From the NCBI RefSeq assembly GCF_006345805.1, contig NC_043016.1, forward strand, positions 22,444,001 to 22,508,000: a stretch of DNA of 64,000 nucleotides, read 5' to 3'. The notes below the pieces were generated by a model, which worked only from the letters and a program-made list of their open reading frames with translations, searched no databases and was not told the DNA's origin. Shown here one piece after another: positions 62,701 to 64,000 of this stretch. Numbering within the stretch: the stretch's first letter is position 1; every line of letters starts with the position of its first letter. Source of the DNA: Octopus sinensis. Taxonomy: Eukaryota. The position numbers and the translations under genes are program-made.

Positions 62701-64000
62701 AAACAAAAGTCACGTCTTCATCCAACAAACACTAAAGTTTTCCCCAAATCCAGGGTTTTTATAACTGAGCAACTTGACTTAAAAGAATCCATTACAAATA
62801 TTCTTTACGTAACTTTTTAGAATCTTTATGAGCAGTTATATTAACCAATGGAAAAAACGAAAATAATAATCCTTCGGCAATACGACATTACGTCATATTG
62901 CCAATTTGCGCTTTATTTCAAAAATGGCTAAAATGGCTACTTGTTACACTGTGCATCTTTGTAATTTTTATTTATTTCCTGCCTGCCATTCTGCATAAGA
63001 GTGTATGTTGCAGCATCTAAACCTTTGTTTATATATTTGCAAACATACTTAATAGAGTTAACAGAGTTGCAGAATTGTCTTTGCTTCACTGTAGAATACT
63101 AATCATCTTCATCTATCCCGACTCCTGTTGCAGAGAGCAAGAACATTGTTCTCGGAAATTTTTTCGAAAATTAAAATGGGGATTAAATGAAAAGATGAGT
63201 TACATGAATATCATCACACTAGTGATTGAAATAAATGGAGATTGTGGAATGCCCCACGCATGCACACACACACACACACACATGTGCACACGCGCACAGA
63301 GTATCAAACAACAGATGACATGGACACGTGTGTGAGAGAGATAGAAGGGGTGTGTTGTCATGTATACGTACAGACATAAATATGCATACATCTTTTTTTT
63401 TGTGTGTGTGTGTGACAGAGAGAGGATGCCACTTAGACATCACTCTCTCCCTGTCTCATACAGATGCACGCACACACGTACAAAAAAAATGTATGTATAC
63501 AGGACAACATACCCCTTCTCTCTTTCACGCTAGCACATGCACATACATGAATATATACAAATGTACATACAAAAACACGTGTGAGTGTGTAACTGACTTG
63601 TGTGTGTGTTTGTGAGAAAGAGAGGGAGAGAGAACATTGCAAACAATGAATGAAATAAACATGAAAGGAAAAAAAAATCATATAAACAAAAGCTCGTAAA
63701 GACTATCTTGAACCAAATATTCAAATTTGTGAACTTAGTAAAAGTTCTTTCAGTAACTAATCATAGTTGTTTGCAAATAGTGCATTAAAACTTGAAATGA
63801 AAACATTAAAATAGAGAGTGAGAGATTTTGCAAATGAAAACAGAAAACTTTGCTGTTGCTATGTCAATAATGGAAGTTGACATTGAGAAACCTTTTTAAA
63901 GAAGTGAATCATGTTTCACCGCCATGTAGCATGGCAGTTTGCACACATGCATCATACAGTCTACCTTTCACTCTGAGTGAGAGGCCCTTTATTGGCAGCA

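Overview
AT-rich, repeat-saturated eukaryotic DNA, most likely an octopus/coleoid cephalopod genome (inferred from the SINE families, long (TA)n/(CA)n tracts and TE mix). No intact host protein-coding gene is evident, only a few candidate short exons. The window is a graveyard of decayed transposons: three Ty3/Gypsy remnants plus a solo LTR with 4-bp TSD, four Helitron RepHel remnants with several CTAG/hairpin termini, two RTE-BovB-like LINE copies, a near full-length L1/Tx1-clade LINE between (AAT)n tracts, an ORF1-only relative of it, a Penelope RT/GIY-YIG fragment, tRNA-type SINEs and MITEs. The most notable signals: (i) four to five type I hammerhead ribozyme motifs, one at the centre of a 234-bp near-perfect inverted repeat; (ii) every recognisable TE coding remnant downstream of ~20.7 kb is on the minus strand; (iii) an array of seven tRNA-Trp PBS-like units in a Gypsy leader; (iv) a Gypsy element with two unrelated LTRs but matching 4-bp flanks; (v) a SINE sharing its 3' tail with the Tx1 LINE. 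All calls are by eye, with no database search.
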